Positions 60,203 to 64,000 of a stretch of DNA of 64,000 nucleotides are shown here, piece after piece. The notes beneath the pieces were generated by a model. That model saw only the letters and a program-made list of their open reading frames with translations. It was not told where the DNA came from and did no database searches. The DNA is taken from positions 21,204,001 to 21,268,000 of the forward strand of contig NW_025963791.1 of the NCBI RefSeq assembly GCF_023055435.1. Reading direction: 5' to 3'. This DNA is from Haliotis rufescens (lineage: Eukaryota). Numbering within the stretch: the first letter of the stretch is position 1; every line of letters begins with the position of its first letter. Both the position numbers and the translations under genes were made by a program.

Positions 60203-60364
60203 GGGGCGGTGGGGTAGCCTAGTGGTTAAAGTGTTTGCTCGTCATGCCGAAGGGCTGGGTTCAATTCCCCACATGGGTACAATGTGTGAAGCCCACTTCT
60301 GGTGTATTTCCATTCCTGGAATATTGCTAAAAGCGGCATAAAACCATACTCACTCACTCACTCA
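60203..60364 (+). mobile_element. SINE family A
   Basis: Full copy. Confidence 0.85.
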
Positions 60365-61953
60365 CTAGTCAACTGCTTAAAATATCAAGTAACTAAAATC
60401 AAAGAAGAAAGATGCATGCCAAAGTTCACCAGTCTGGCAATTTCAGAGAAAATGTTTACACCCAATTTTATTACACTTTGAAAATAAATGCCAGAGCAAG
60501 GCCGTAGTACCCTTTTTTGACAGGGGGGGCAAATATTTGTACAAGTATCACTTGTCCCCAACTTGATTCAAATAAAACTGTTTTCTATAAAAAATCCAGG
60601 GGGGGGGGGGGGGGGGGGGGGGTCCAGGAAGCTGGTCACATTAGTTTTGCTTTTTCAACTTCAGGAATCAGTTGCTAATTTCTGAATATCATAATTTCAA
60701 TTTGACTTGTCAGTTATGTAAACTTTGCCAACAACATAAAAATATGCATGATTTTGATAGATACATGCACAAGATGTATACACACTTCTAAAGATGTGAA
60801 AATTAATCAAGCAATGATTAATATATTTCAGGATGATGCAAAATATTGCATCTTTCATGCATTAAAATAGTACCACGCCACTGTAGCTCACCTGGATATG
60901 TAGTCAACAGCTTAAAAAACAAAGTCAGATGTATGTGTTGAGTCTCACTACTAACTAAACACACACCAATTTAACTTTTTGAATAAAATGGCTGAGAAAT
61001 GGCCACGATAAATTTCATATTTCAGTATGGTCAGCTAAAAATGGATAAAATATTATCCACATCAAGTCTCTATGGATGCAAGATATATGGATGTTGGAAC
61101 GATTGAAACAAATACAATTGAAGCATGGAAATAAGACTTATCTGACATATGTGTTCTCATAAGAGACACAATCAATGTTCGTCCCGTCCGTGTCACTCAA
61201 TTATAATGTATTTCTTCTGACCAGGATATCCACATCCATCACAAGTATAGGGTCAGCACACACACTTTGTACTGTTTGGGGCTGGAGCAGTGATCACCCT
61301 GGGACCCCCTCATCATCCCTAGAACCCACCCCCACAACAGTCCCAGAACTCAAAACACATTGAGCAAGGTAAACCCGTGAATTTTGTATGACTTTAAATG
61401 AAGACCTGTGTAAAATTGTGGAGTTGATACCAATCTTCTTAATTAATGAAATGCAATATTGGTCCAAGAATGACAACTTAATATGTCCGCAGGTCTGCAT
61501 GCGGAGTATCTAAGATAGATATTTTGATAATCCAAATGATATAATCTAACTGAAGGCATGTGGACCTGTGCACAGTGCACAGGTCACAAATCAGGTGGAG
61601 TTAAGCAAAGCTGGTGGTGGAGAGAAGCTGGATGGGTGACTGTGTTATTTGCTGTGACAGAAATTTGTGGTGTTACTTCCATTCACTTTTGCATGACATA
61701 AGCAGTGTGTGACATGTCGAAAATGTTGTGTTTTTACTTTTGTTATTGATATACTATGTTGTTTCTTTGACAATATGACTTTTCGTATCTTATTCTTTGC
61801 TGCACTGCCACTTATAGGGATAGATTTCTAAAGTGTGTTATTAATGAACTCCCATATACACGAGTTAGATTTAAACACAGAAACACAAACACAGTGAACC
61901 TCCTCAACCCTGCAGAGCCTACTCATCTTTGACTGCAAGGAAAGCCAACATAC

Positions 61954-61997
61954 CCTGAAGTGCTGAAATGTGCTGCTTTCTTCTTGGTGCTTGCCAT
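61954..61997 (-). CDS. Possible alternative first coding exon (MASTKKKAAHFSTSG)
   Basis: ataATGG Kozak context, donor GG|GTATGT phase 2, compatible with the exon 2 acceptor. Confidence 0.3.
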
Positions 61998-64000
61998 TAT
62001 GCGAAGTACAACACCTCCATGAAGAGTGCTGCCTCTAGAGGGACCTGTACAGTGTATAACTGATTCTGTCAAGTCATACACTATCCGTCCAGACTGATAC
62101 CATGTCAATGTCAGTATCCGTGATACAGTTTTTTCATAATTAGCACCGTTGAATTTCCATCTCAAGAGTCAGAAATCTAAAAACTCAGATTAAGTATGTG
62201 AAACAAATCACAATGTTTTCATATACTACTCCATCTACGCAGACAAGTTTCAGTTTATTCCAATGGTAATACTATTGGTATATTAAATCCAGGTTAAACA
62301 GTGCCATCAAACTCTTCCTTGGAAACAAAATGACAGTCAAAAACACATTTCTCCTCAAAATGGAAATATTTTTGCAGTTTCCAAAACAGTCCCAATACGA
62401 ATTCCTCCTCAACAGATTGTTGTCATGGTTTGTCAGACCCATATATCCCAGCGGGTACACAGAACCCGATATAGTCCACAGATTGCTGTGTTATCCCTAT
62501 TGTTTAAACATCCACATCAACAGGAAAACAGTCTCCATGATACGGCATCCCCCAATGAAATGTCACACCGACTTAACCCACGGCCAATGCTCTTTGTCCA
62601 AACAAACCTGACGTCTCTTTTAGTCTGGAATCAGAGCTCCAATAAAAATCTACATACTCCCTTAGAAACGGTGCTATGGAATTTCTCAATCAATAAAAAC
62701 AACATTTTCCATAAGGCATTGTAACAATCCGTTCCCCAACAAGATAACTATTAGAGTCTCAATGGGACATTTCTCTGTACAAAGTCTCACCAACTTGGAC
62801 CAATCAAAGATAAGGGTCACTGACAGGAAGAAAACATTAAGCCTGATTAGCTTAGATTTAATGGAATTTCTCATCATGAAAACAAAGGGTTGCAGACAGA
62901 ATCAGTCACAAGCGCTTATCACCTTGGTAAAGATCAATGCTGGCCAATCAATCATCTCACCTTAGCATCCCGCTCCCAGCACAGAGTACATCAGATAAAA
63001 CAGCCAGACATATCATTATCATTATGGAATAATAAATTGCCTGATATGGTATTTCATTGCTGTTATCAGTCCCCATTAGCCTCGAGGCATATAAATATTA
63101 TTGGAACAAATTATAAAGCAGGTTTTAATAAATTGCTTGGACAGTAATAGTGATAACATGTGTTGACATGAATCGAAAAACAAGTTTCGCGGAGGTCAGG
63201 GTATTTGTTGCAAAAGCTCCTTGAGAATGTTGCAAACACATTAGTGGTAGATAAAGCAGCATTTATTGAAATTGGCTGTGTTAGAACGGAAACTAAAACC
63301 CATAATAACCATTAAGACAGCAATAACTCAAGACATTAGGATCATTACGATAATGTGCTAATGCTTCGATCTAAACCTCGTAAGAAAACGATTGTAGGCC
63401 TTTCACATTGGAAACATTGCTCATTATTTGCATGTAACTAAACAGAGATTAAGATTTCCTTTTGTGTGAAATTTAAAAAATTCTATATTCACGTTACATT
63501 TATTGCACATAGTGTGCATTAACCAGTTCTTGGATATTGGCCTTTAAGTAGACCATGCAAGCTGCACGTATGCACAAATCGATGCAGCGCCAAGCAATTA
63601 ACTCCAGCTGTATGACAAGAACTTAACTGTTGTCATTATGACTGCGATGAAGTGGAAAAAGGTGGAATATGATATGAAAATTAATATCGTTGTATCTTAA
63701 TCATAATCAAAAGGTGTTTTCTAGAATTACTTCAAGATCAATACCATCATGTTGATTGTTGTCATTGTGAACATGATGAAGAGGACAAATGTGAAATACA
63801 ATATGAAAATGTACTTGATTGTATCATAATAATAATCAATAGGTGTTTTATTAGAATTTCTTAGTGATCAGTACCATGTGTTCTGAATGAGAATATTTAT
63901 ACTTTGAATTTGATTGTTATATACACCAAATGGTTTGTATTGTATCAGTTCATGTTTATATCAGTTAATGTGATGGATAAAACTGATATCTGTTACATGA

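Noticed and set aside
60599-60622. Poly-G run as a functional G-quadruplex
   Set aside because: Homopolymer within a probable decayed repeat; length unreliable and no supporting context.

Overview
Eukaryotic (animal) genomic DNA, AT-rich, with two assembly gaps. The repeat families suggest a mollusc, probably a gastropod such as abalone (inference only). One large minus-strand gene spans about 11.0-54.7 kb. I assembled 22 exons by hand with GT-AG junctions and consistent phases (3705 nt, about 1234 aa). The protein has an N-terminal EF-hand and many WD40 repeats, placing it in the WDY / WDR49 (CFAP337) / EFCAB8-like family, which is cilia/sperm-associated. Introns and flanks hold four SINE-like families, several MITEs, decayed Tc1 and pogo transposase remnants, a degenerate Penelope-type hammerhead, two hairpin-headed elements and several minisatellites. 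The most unusual feature is repeated amplification of the gene's own exon-intron junctions. A ~55-unit 32-bp array is built from the exon-16 donor and a ~34-unit 50/51-bp array from the exon-10 acceptor. Three more acceptors (exons 3, 8, 12) have single copies, and the intron ends before exons 14 and 15 are homologous. The pre-mRNA therefore carries about 90 decoy splice sites. Most ORFs in the supplied track are spurious. Repeat boundaries were read by eye and may be off by a few bases.
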